NCBI RefSeq assembly: GCF_009914755.1
Contig: NC_060938.1
Direction: 5' to 3' (one strand)
Length of the DNA stretch: 64,000 nucleotides
From: the human T2T-CHM13v2.0 reference genome, Homo sapiens
Part shown: in pieces, positions 1 to 12,400 of the stretch
How the letters are laid out: each line of letters begins with the position of its first letter
Numbering within the stretch: position 1 is the first letter of the stretch
Program-made: the position numbers and the translations under genes
Notes under the pieces: model-generated
Databases searched by the model: none
The model's input: the letters and a program-made list of their open reading frames with translations, nothing else
Told to the model about the DNA's origin: nothing

Positions 1-476
1 CTTTCTGTGCAATCCCTTCCCACATCAAATAGGGTTGACCTATATAACAAATAGAGCATTGCAAAAATGACAATGTGTGATTCTGAGACCAGGTAATCCA
101 AGGCATTGTGGCTACTTTATGCTCTAAGGAATCACTCTCTGTGGGATATCATGAGGATACTCAAGCAGTCTTTTGGAAAGGCCCGTGTAATGTGAAAATG
201 TCACTGTGTGTCAAGAGCCAGCAAGGAACTGGGCCTTCCTCTTAGCTATTTGTGAAAACCTTCTAGAGAATGGTTCTACAGTCTAGTCCAGACCTCAATT
301 GACTGCAGCTCCAGTTGACATCTGTGCTACATCCTTATGAAAGAACCTGAGATAGAATCACCCAGCTAAGTCATTTCCAAGTACCGTACCCTCAGAAATT
401 ATGAAATAGTAAATGTGTAATTGTTTAAGTTGCTAGTTGTGGGTAATTTGTTATGCAGCAGTAGATAACAAATACA
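1..476 (+). mobile_element. MLT1-type ERVL-MaLR LTR (runs off the window start)
   Basis: Ends in the typical MLT1 terminus gtaatttgttatgcagcagtagataacaaataca; body has MaLR-like motifs (aggaactgggcc, gactgcagctccagttgaca). Subfamily not resolved. Confidence 0.75.
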
Positions 477-2769
477 AAAGCCTTACTCTTAAGTAGTAGT
501 GGTAAATGAATGCAAAAAGAAAATAAGAAACTTCCAACACTCTATGTTTAGTCTACTAAATATTCTAAATGCTTTCTGACAATCAAATAATTTTTCCTTA
601 TTAAAATATTGATTCTAAAGCCTGATGAATTTAGACATGTGAATACACATGTTAATTATACATCTTCTCTAATTAATACAAATATTTCCCCTGTATAGGT
701 TCAATTAGGAGATTAAATATGGAGTTATTAAGAATTATCTATCATCAAAATTAAAGATGTCAATGAGCCATTATCAGTATGATCAGCATATTCCAAGAGC
801 ATCTGAGCGAGTCGTTTATACTATTTTGACTAAGTTAAACTTTGTTGATCTTAGGTAAATGATAACCTGATGTTCTAAAAATCTCTAATACTGAACTAGC
901 TTCATTGTTACCTTTGGAAAAATATGACTCTTCTTTATTTTGAGACAGAGTAATGTGCTGCTTGAGCAGGTGTTGAATTCTGGAGGGGATGAAAATATGC
1001 TTAACTCAGAAATTATTTTACTTATTAAAATTCCCTTTCACTGACATTTATTGTAGTTTTGTCAGAATAACTTCAGTGCTGACAAGTTTTAAATAGCATG
1101 GAATCTGCTATTAGAGGATTTGGAAATTCTGAATAGAAAATTAAAACATTGCAAGTTTTACCAGGAGTTTTCATGTTTTACTTCAAAGTCTTATTCGTTT
1201 AATCAACCTGATTCTCACTTGTGAGGGAGTTGAGCTGCTTTCAATTTTACATTAGTTTTGATTATGTGCTTTCAAGCAGAAGGATGATAAGAAGAGCAAT
1301 AAAATAATCTTCCTCAAGTTGTGAAAGAATGGCCATTCTTCTTGGCCTGCACAGGAAAGAACACATCTCCCTAGGATGGATTAAGAGAGCTTTCAGCACC
1401 TTTTTTGCTAGGTCACAGCTTCTCACATTCTATATCAAAATAGGTTTCATTGTTTTGTTTTTTTTTTTTAGTAACTTCAGTCATATTCTTCTAGGTTATT
1501 TCACTTCTTTTCATAAGAGAAATTGAAAGTATCTAATATTTAAGAATCCATAATAGTCTGCCTTCCAAATGAAAGAGTGAACTTAATGGTGAGAACTCAT
1601 CCCATCTTTATCTAATCTGAAGCACCAAGAGGTTCTCAAAAACATGCCTGGTTGCATAAGAGTGCATAAATTTAACAATTGGTGCTCAAGTATAAATGGA
1701 AATATTTGGGCCTGTAACTATTTAGAGTCATGAAAATAATTGGTCTATGTGTGTTTAACATACTTTTAAATAAGACATGTATGCAAGTGGATGATGGCAT
1801 ACATGTAACTCCTTTGGAATTTCCTATACATTTCAAAATGTTCATTCAATTTATGTATGTAACATGGATAAATGCACATAAAAGAATGTAGATGTAATAC
1901 AAATGTTTCTAATTGCTTTTATATAGATTTAAGGAATGAAAGCAATATTAAATTAATTATCAATAAAGTATATTCAAATTTTCTTTTTAAAACTGTCTTA
2001 GATTTTATAAGAATCAATTGATTTGGCTGTGAGAAAAATATAAATCCCATAGGCATGCATAAAGTGGTGATTTTAGAAAAATAGCTAAGTGAATCAAGTC
2101 ATTGTCTTACTTATATATGACAAGGAGAGAAGAACTTCAAAAAGAAACTGTAAATTGTACTGGAATACAACAGAATTTAATCAGAGATGAAAAAATGTAA
2201 ATCATATTATCGTTACAAATTATAAACCAGTATATACTTTGTTACATCCTTGCTCAGTTTTTTTTATTTCAGTAAAACTTTCATGAAATTGTAATTTAAT
2301 GTAATTGCATTCTACAATAACTAGAAAATGTGTGCAAGTTTTAAAGTTTTGTTGTATACTGGGTATATTTATGTGTATTCTTCAACAACAAATTCAGAGA
2401 CTGCAATCAATAGAACTGAAATATAGGCTCACCTCAGCTCCACAAAATGAACAAGAGTACCATCTAATTGGCTATAGTTGAACAAGTAGGAGAACATGAG
2501 AAAGTGTTACAAGTGATATACTCTGTAAACAACTAATCACAGGGGCTAGTGAATGGTTTTATTTGTTACACCTATACTAAATGATGGGATGAAATGTTAC
2601 ATTACCTATATAGTTCAATCAGTTCACAGACATATTTAGAAAATAAATTTTTATATGTTAAATATTTTACCTAGTTGAAAAGGTGAGGGATGACGATACT
2701 GAGCTTTTAAATAGAAACAAAGTCAGTCACTATCAAAAGACAATTTCATCCCATAAAGCTAATTGCCAG

Positions 2770-3042
2770 AAAACCAAATACCACATGTTCTTACTTATAA
2801 GTCATAGCTAAACAATTAGCACATGAAATAAAGATGGAAATAATAGACCCTGGGGACTCCAAAATGGGGGAGACTAGAAGTAAGGTGGGAGTTGAAAAAT
2901 TACCTAACAGATAACAGTGTTCACTATTTGGGTAAAGGATACACTAGAAACCCAATCCCCACAAGTACATAATATACCTATATAACAAACATGTACATAT
3001 ACCCCCTGAATCTAAAATAAAATAAAAATAAATTTAAAAAAA
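2770..3042 (+). mobile_element. L1 3' end fragment (L1PB/old L1PA type) with A-rich tail
   Basis: aaaccaaataccacatgttcttacttataag at the start; catataccccctgaatctaaaataaaataaaa at the end. Confidence 0.8.
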
Positions 3043-3629
3043 CAAACAGGCTTACACTTGCCTTTTAGAGGTGTATATGTAAACTGGCATAATACAAACT
3101 GATGGAGAAAGAAACATTGTAATAACAAATTCACAATGTTTGCCTACAAAGGCCTTTCTTTGTTAAACTCTCATTCACTGAAACAAAACAATTTATAATG
3201 CATTTTTTATTGTTATCATTTTATTATTATTTAAATGGATGTATGTATTGTAGAAAGTTACCAAAAAAAAAAAAAAAACCCAAAACCTTGCTTATTTAAC
3301 TTAAGGTTCTCTAACTTTCCACATCAATACATTTTCACTTACGATGCATTTTTAAGAAAGTATGCTTACATTTGCCTTTTATTGCTAGATATCTCTATTA
3401 GCCTATTACAGCCCAATGGAGAAAGAAAAATGTTCTAATGACGTCTAAAATTTCACTGAGAAGGCTGTTATGCTGTCAAATGCTTCCATTCATTAAAAAA
3501 AAAAAACAGCTTATGAGCCTGTAAGAAAGCAAATTTACATTTACCTTTCATTACTGGATTTGTCTGTTGGCCTATTAGCACCTAAAGAAAAAAGAAACAT
3601 GTCCTAGTATGATATTCTCAATGTTTGTC

Positions 3630-3804
3630 TAAAGGAAAGAAAGAAAAAGAGAAAGAGAGAGGAGAAAGAAAGAGAAGGAGAGACAGAGAGAGACAGGAAG
3701 GAAGGAAGGAAGGAAGGAAGGAAGGAAGGAAGGAAGGAAGGAAGGAAGGAAGGAAGGGAGGGAGGGAGGGAAGAAAGAAAAGAAAAGAAAAGAAAGAAAG
3801 AAAG

Positions 3805-3874
<70 letters not shown>

Positions 3875-4007
3875 GAAGGAAGGAAGGAAGGAAGGAAGGA
3901 AGGAAGGAGGGAGGGAGGGAAAGAAGGGAGGGAGGGAGCGGGGGAAAGAAAGAGGCGGGAGGGAGGGAGGGAGGAAGGAAGGAAGGAAGGAGGGAAGGAA
4001 GGAAGAG
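3630..4007. repeat. Compound purine microsatellite (GGAA)n/(GAAA)n/(GGGA)n
   Basis: 15 consecutive GGAA at 3696-3755, a long GAAA run, then 8 GGAA at 3874-3905; ~380 bp almost free of pyrimidines. Confidence 0.97.
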
Positions 4008-4515
<508 letters not shown>

Positions 4516-5189
4516 TTACACGTGCATTTTGTTACAGTACAAATTTGTTTGAGAAAAAGAAAGGTGAAAACTATAACTTCTGGTGGGAGTTCAGGATAAT
4601 TGGTATTCATTTTAACACAATTGACATAAAGTGATAAAGTGAGACTGTTAGACCTTTTATACCCATATTACTTTTAGGAATTAAAAGAAAAAGCTTACTG
4701 CATACAATGCTGCTGAAATTTTAGTATTTCTCATATAATCATTAGAAAGTAAATATACATTTTAATATTATTTCAATTCCAAATGTGAAATATAAGTTGC
4801 TAATGTATTAAATAAGGCATGATTTTATATAGACATTTTTTACATAGAAGTCATCTTTAGTTTATAGTTCATTTGTACAGAAAGGAAATACAGCAGAAAA
4901 CAATAAAAAGTATAACCTCACTGATTCATAATATTGCCAATTTTTTAGCAAAAAGAATAAAGCATATTTTTTCTATGATAATGCAAATGATCTTTATAAC
5001 ATATTTTATGAACAGCAAATTTATTTGAAGTAAATGATTTTTAGGTAATGTTGTTTTATGAAGAAAAGAATATTCACTGCTTGGTCAAACAATCTCTGAG
5101 AGTTACACCTGGAAAAGAATTATGTGAGTAATGCAACTATTGATTTATAATGATACACTTAGATATTTATAAAAACATCTAGTAATAGA

Positions 5190-5560
5190 CTATTTTAGTT
5201 GAAAGGGATCATAATACAGGACTCATAACCTAATTCATGACTCAGTATAGAGATATTCACTACAGTAAGAGGGTCATCTATTTACTAGTAGAAAATTTTC
5301 AGTAATCAAGAACCTGTTATGATACAAAAACAGTGTCTAGAAGGTTAGGCACATCATTTAAATTGAACCTAAGTCTGCTTCTCCATAATTTCCAAATTTA
5401 GTTTTTTTTTTTTCTTTCTGGAACAATATTAACTACAATACTGTCTCTGTATGACATTTATTTTAATAGTTGAATATGCTTAATTAAAAGTAATAAAGTC
5501 ATACATTATTTTTAAAGGGGCTGATTGCTGAGCCTCCTAGCTTTGTTTTCACATTTTAAC
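5190..5560. mobile_element. Possible very old L3/CR1 fragment
   Basis: gaacctaagtctgcttctccataatttcc resembles the L3 3' core; highly diverged. Confidence 0.3.
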
Positions 5561-6354
5561 TTTATTTTAGCTTGTAAACGTTGTTACAATTAAGTATTTA
5601 AAAATGTTTATTTCACTGCAGAACATGTGAATATATTCCTATATATATCATGGGTAGATTTTATACCTAAGATAATGCAACTTAAATTGTCTTAAATTTT
5701 ATTCATTCAAACAATCATTTGGAAGTTGTTAATGTATTAATTTATCATAACTCAATAATTTATTTTGAGAAATTTATAAGCAAATATCCACAATCACCAT
5801 CACAAAACTATTAAAGTATCATAATGTACTTGTACTACTTGAGGTTATTACTAAATTGTAAACTTTGCAATTGCCCATACCTAAGAGCTTCTCTTTATTA
5901 TTAATTTGTGGAGATATGTATTAAGAAATACACATATTTAATAAAAAGAAGTTCTGGAAGATTCTGCTTTACAAATTCAGTAAAGGGGGAAAGACAGACA
6001 GGGGATCAAAAAAAGGTAATTCAGAGGAAGACAGATTTTGAAATTAAAAACAATCAGCATTTTGTGAGTATTTTTGGTGGAAACATACTTTTTGGTAATA
6101 TTGCATGAAAAATTTAATAATTAATAGAGATGTAACAATTGCAGGTGTTAGCCAAGTATATTATACAAATAGAAATAATCTTAATCAAAGGAAGAAAAAT
6201 TCCAGCATCAGCTAGTATAATAGAATAAAAAGTAGGATGTATCAAATAATTGGCAGATGCGGACAAATTAATAAGAAAGGAAACACATGGTCTCAAACAG
6301 AGATCACTCCCTTGGGATACTGTAAAAAGATTTTATCAGTTTCATTTTGCATAG

Positions 6355-6930
6355 TAATAAAACAATTGTATCAGAACCAACAAAAAGTCTTGCTTATTTT
6401 TGTGTACATTCATTTTTAAATTGTAAGGAATATAGAGATGCAGCACTCAGCTTCCCCTTCAGGAAAGGTCTAGCTCCTGAGCTTCAAGGAGTCCCAGTAA
6501 CTGATATTCTCAGGCTAATAAAACCTTTGGGGTCACCTCAGCTTTCCAAACAAGAATAGGGACAACTAACATATTTCCTGAGTTACAGATAATGCACTTG
6601 CAACTATTTGTGTCTTGCATACTTCTGGTGTGCCCCCAAATCTCCAGGTTATTTAACTTGCATTACCTTCATCTAAACTATTTTCAATCAGTAGAAAAAA
6701 ATCTATTGGCCAACTTAATTTTTTTTCTCAAAAATTATTTTTATACCACTTCATATTTTACTACTTTTTTCAATTTAGAATAGTTCTATACATATATGTA
6801 CAGGAAAGTTGTGAAGACAGTACAGAGAATTCTCATAATATCCCACAATTATTTTCACTATTTATATTACACAGTAGTATGGTAATTTGTCACAACTGAG
6901 GAACAAATTTTGATACATTACTTGATGTAT
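6355..6930 (+). repeat. Left arm of ~575-bp inverted duplication
   Basis: Reverse complement of 8440-9013; ORF-track peptides at 6347/6592 (+) nearly match those at 8809/8471 (-). Confidence 0.97.
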
Positions 6931-8368
6931 CATTGATATTACTTAAACATTAATATTGACATTAATGTCAGTACATTATAGATATTGCTAAAATTTATTA
7001 AATACATTCCATAATTTATTCAGGTACAATTAATTTTAATCTAATGTTATTTTTCTGTTTCAGCATCTTTTCCTGTTTTACATTTTGTGATCATGTCTCC
7101 ATAGGGTCCTCTTGGATGTGGCAGTTTCCCAGACCTTACTTATTTTTTGACAGTCTTGATGGCATTGGGGAAGGGAGGTTCTAGTCAGATATTTTGAAGA
7201 ATATCTCACAATTAGTTGTCCGATGTGTTCTTTGATTAAACTGGGGTTATAGGTTTCTGAGGAAGAAAACTACAGATAGCTCCATAATGTACTATTCTCT
7301 TCCATCATGTCAAAAATATACTATCAATACAATACTATTACCTATATTAACCAAGGTCATTTAGCTGAGGCAATGATTGTTAAGTATCTCCATTATAAAG
7401 TCACTCTTTTTTCAATTTTCCATACTGTACTTTTTAGAAGGGTATCACTATCACTAAAGGGACCCCCCCCCAACTCTTTAACAGCCCACTCTTAAAGAGT
7501 AGGGGGTCATTTGGAATCTCCACATGAGATTTGTTTATTCAATCATATGTATGTAACAGTATGTGCCGTATTTATTTTTATTTTGGGTTATAACCCAATA
7601 ATTCATTTCTTTCTTTCTTTTTCTTTCTATAATCCAATAATTCTTTCTATAATTCAATAATTATTTTTTCTTTCTATAATCCAATAATTCTTTCTTTCTA
7701 TAATCTAATAATTCTTTTTCTTTTTTCTTTCTTTCTCTTTTTTCTTTCTCTCTTGTTTTCTTTCTCTCTTTCTCTTTTTCTTTCTTCTCTAAAATTGTTT
7801 TAGCTATTGCCATTGGGAGGTTATCCAGCTGGCTCCTTTTTCTCTTTACACATCTCCATCAAAGTTTTTGATTTTTTTTAAATCAATATTGTTTGGCACT
7901 ACAAGATGTTCCAGGTTTACCTTGATAATTTCCTTCTCTTGATGGAAATTAAGAATCCATCATTTATCCTAGAAGTTAGAGTCCTAGAGTCAGTGATTTC
8001 CCCAAGAACTCCTGGTTGCTCTTATGGGATTGCATACAATAGGTATTGCACTTATGTTGTAATAAAAAAATGATATTATAAAACAAGTTCTTGACTCTAG
8101 ATGTGCTTGTTGCTATTGGGATATCATTGGCATCTATGCTCTCACAGCCAAAAGAACAAGGAAGTATATGTGCCTTATCTATACATATTTTATATGTAAA
8201 TATCTGTACCCTACTACACCAAAAGTGAAAACTTAGCTCCCAAAATCCACCAGCCATTTACTTAGATTTTTTATTCTAGTTTTCTCACAGAGATTTCAGA
8301 ATTATTAATCTGTACTTCCTAGAAAAAATGTTTATGAACTAGACGATAATGCTTATATACAGTTCTTT
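6760..8368 (-). mobile_element. Old L1M (L1MC/MD-type) 3' region, antisense
   Basis: tttagaatagttctata...gaaagttgtgaagacagtacagagaattctcata and later gggtcctcttggatgtggcagtttcccagacc resemble L1MC 3' UTR read on the minus strand. Confidence 0.65.
7590..7790. repeat. Short minisatellite (ttctttctataatccaataa-like, 4-5 units) grading into a CT-rich tract
   Basis: ttctataatccaataatt-type units visible directly at 7625-7715. Confidence 0.85.
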
Positions 8369-8439
8369 TTGTTGTGGCTTTTTTGCTCCCCTAATTCAGT
8401 GAGCGGGAGGAAGTGGCACCCAGCAGGTTTTTTTCTTCC

Positions 8440-9013
8440 ATACATCAAGTAATGTATCAAAATTTGTTCCTCAGTTGTGACAAATTACCATACTACTGTG
8501 TAATATAAATAGTGAAAATAATTGTGGGATATTTTGAGAATTCTCTGTACTGTTTTCACAACTTTTCTGTATATATAGAACTATTCTAAATTGAAAAAAG
8601 TAGTAAAAATATGAAGTGGTATAAATACACCTTTTTGAGAAGAAAAAAATTAAGTTGGCCAATAGTTTTTTTCTACTGATTGAAAATAGTTTAGATGAAG
8701 GAAATAACAAGTGAAATAACCTGGAAATTTGGGGGCACACCAGAAATATGCAAGACACAAATAGTTGCAAGTGCATTATCTGTAACTCAGGAAATACACT
8801 TACTGTCCCTATTCTTGTTTGGAAAGCTGAGGTGACCCCAAAGTTTCTATTAGCCTGAGAATATCAGTTACTGGGACTCCTTGAAGTTCCAGAGCTAGAC
8901 CTTTCCTGAAGGGGAAGCTGAGTGCCGCATCTCTATATCTCTTACAATTTAAAAATAAATGTACACAAAAATAAGCAAGAGTTTTTGTTGGTTCTGATAC
9001 AATTGTTTTATTA
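8440..9013 (-). repeat. Right arm of ~575-bp inverted duplication
   Basis: Reverse complement of 6355-6930; roughly 90-95% identical by eye. Confidence 0.97.
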
Positions 9014-9429
9014 ATTCCACCCACAAAGAAATGTTGAACAGATACCTGAATGCTATACACATTGCTATGTCTTTTTAGGTGAACATCTTTTTCATCATGA
9101 TTAGAGAAGAAGTGTCTATCTCATTATTGCAGATTAAGAGTGAGACTAAGGTAGAGCCTGGCTGATTAAAAATGTAGGAAAAGACTCAATAAATTAGGGC
9201 TGTCATTTCATTTTTATATATCAGAAGAGTATCAAAAAAAAGACAGGAATCCATTTAATAAGAATAATATCTTGGTATTCAAGCAAGAACAGTTTTTTTT
9301 TCTGAAATTTAGTAAGGTAGAAGTGTGCATATGTGACATTCAAAGACATTATTTCAAAACTAGGAGCTAAATTGTGTGATATCCTAAGAACATACTATAA
9401 GAAGCACTTATTGCTATTGTTTTTTAAGG

Positions 9430-12400
9430 AAGCCATTACAGCCACTGATAACTGAAAAACCCTGCTCCAAGAAAGAAGAAAACAATAGCTAATTCCTTCA
9501 CTTGTACCATCCTGGCTAATCAGAGGTCCTGAGCCTGTCCACATGACAACTTCACTGCTAGCATAACCAGCATTTGAGAAAACCAGAGGTCCTGAGCCTG
9601 TCCACATGACAACTTCACTGCTAGCATAACCAGCATTTGAGAAAACCAGCGCATTAAACTAAACTACAACCAAGGACTCTCACATAGTCTACTTCATATT
9701 CCTCCTACCTCCACCGGAGCAGGTGCTGGTGTTCACAGCTGGGAGATATCAAGACAGATCACATCACAGGACTCTTTTCAGACACTCCCCAGTACCAGCC
9801 CAGAGCTCCACTGGGTGGCTAGACCCAGAAGAGCAATAACAATCACTGTAGTCGGGCTCCCACGAAGCCCCACTTTTTAGGGGAAGGAAAAGAACACCAC
9901 ATCCCAGGATCACCCCATGGGACAAAAGAATCTAAACAACAGCTCTTGAGTCCCAGATCTTTCCTTTGATGTAGTCTACCCCAAGGAGAAGGAACAAGAA
10001 AAACAATTCTGGTAATATGACAAAAAAGGTTATTTAACACCCCCAAAAGATCACACTAGCTCACCAGCAATGGATCCAAACCAAGAAGAAATATGTGAAT
10101 TGCCAGAAAAGTAATTCAGGTTGATGATTAAGCTACTCAAGGAGGTACCAGAGAAAGGAAAAATCCAATGTAAACAAATTAAAAAAAAAACAGGACATGG
10201 ACAAAAATGATCTCTAGAGAAATAGATATCATCAATAGAAAACAATCACCAACTTCTGGAAGCGAAAGGCACACTTAGAGAAATGCAAAATACACTGGAA
10301 AATCTCAAAAACAGAATCAAACAAGTAGAAGGAAGAATTTTAGAGTTCAAAGGCAAGGCTTTCAAAATTAACCCAATCTAACATAAACAGAATTAAGAAA
10401 AATGAACAAAACCTCCAAGAAGCTTGGGTTATGTTAAGCAACCAAACCTAAGAATAATTGATGTTCCTGAGGAAGAAGATAAATCTAAAAGATTGGAATA
10501 CTTTTTTGAGGAAATAATACAGGAAAACTTCCCTGGCCTTGCTAGAGATCTAGACATCCAAAGACAATAAGCTCAAAGAACATCTGGGAAATTAATTGAA
10601 AAAAGATCATCACCTAGACACATAGTCATCAGGTTATCTGAAGGCAAGACGAAAGAAACTCAGTTAACCTATAGATCCTATAGATGAATATATATCAGAT
10701 TACTGGCAGATTTCTCCACAGAAAACCTGCAAGCAAGAAGGAATTGGGGTTCTATCTTTAGTTTCCTTAAACAAAATAATTATCAGCCAAAAATTCTGTA
10801 TCCAGTAAAACTAAGCTTAATAAACGAAGGAAAGATAAAGTCATTTTCAGACAAACAAATGCTGACAGAATTTGCACTACCAGGCCAGTACTATCAGGAC
10901 TGCTAAAAGGAGTTCTAAATCTTGAAATAAAACCTCAAAATACACTAAAATAGAACCTTCTGAAAGCATAAATCTCACATGGCCTATAAAACAATAACAC
11001 AATAAAAAAAAAACAAGATATTCAGGCAATAACTAGCATGATGAATAGAACAGTATCACATCTCATTACTAATGTTGAATGTAAATGGCCTAAAGGCTCC
11101 ACTTAAAAGGTAAAGAATGGCAGAATGGATAAAAATTTCACCAGCCAAGTACCTACTGTCTTCAAGAGATGCACTTAACACATAAGGACTCACATAAACA
11201 TAAGGTAAAGGAGTGGAAAAAGACATTCCATGCAAATGGAAACCAAAAGCAAGCAGGAGTAGCTATTCTTATATCAGACAAAACAGACTTTACAGCAACA
11301 ATAGTTAAAAAAGACAAAGAGGGACATTATGTAAGGTAAAAGGATTAGTCCAACAGGAAAAATCACAATCCTAAATATATATGCACCTAACACTGGAGCT
11401 CCTAAATTTATAAAACAATCACTACCCAACCTAACAAATGAGACAGATGGCAACGCAATAATAGGGGGAGACTTCAATACGCCACTGATAGCACTAGACA
11501 GGAAATCAAGACAGAAAGTCAACAAAGAAACAATGGACTCAAATTACACCCTAAAACAAATAAACTTAACAGATCTGTACAGAACCAAACAACTGCAGAA
11601 TATACATTCTTTTCATCAGTACATGGAACATTCACCAAGATATGCCATATGATAGGTCACAAAACAATCCTCAATAAACTTAAGAAAATGGAAATTATAT
11701 CAAGTACTTTCTTAGACCACAGAGAAATACATTTTATAATTAACCTCCAAAGGAACATTCAGAATTGCAAAAATACATGGAAATTAAATAATCTGCTTCT
11801 AAATGATCTTTGGGTCAACAATGAAATCAAGATGGAAATTAAAACAATTATTTGAACTGAATGGTAGTAGCGATACAACCTATCAAAACCACTGGCATAC
11901 AGCAAAAGCAGTGCTAAGAGGAAAGTGCATAGAATTAAATGCCTACATCAAAAAGTCTGAAAGAGCACAAACAGATCTAAGCTCACACTTCAAGAAACTA
12001 GAGAAATGAGAATAAATCAAACGCAAACCCAGAAGAAAATAAATAACAAACAACAGAACTAAATGAAATTAAAACAAAAAATTATACAAAAGATAAATGA
12101 AACAAAACACTGGTTTTCTGAAAAGATAAACAAAATTGATAGAACATTAGTGAGATTAACCAAGAAAAGAAGAGACAGAATCCGAATAAACTCAATTAGA
12201 AACAAAATGGGAGATTTTACATCCAATACTACAGAAATACAAAACATCATTCAAGGCTACTATGAACACTTTTAGGCACACAAACTAGAAACCTAGAAGA
12301 GATGGATAAATTCTTGGAAATTTACAGCCCTCTTGATTAAATCAGGAAGAAATAGGAACTCTGAACAGACCATTAACAAGTAGCAGGATTGAAATTGTAA

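Noticed and set aside
6347-9060. Pairs of near-identical small ORFs on opposite strands suggesting a duplicated gene or toxin-antitoxin-like pair
   Set aside because: A by-product of the inverted duplication; lengths and frames differ between arms and no protein family is recognisable.
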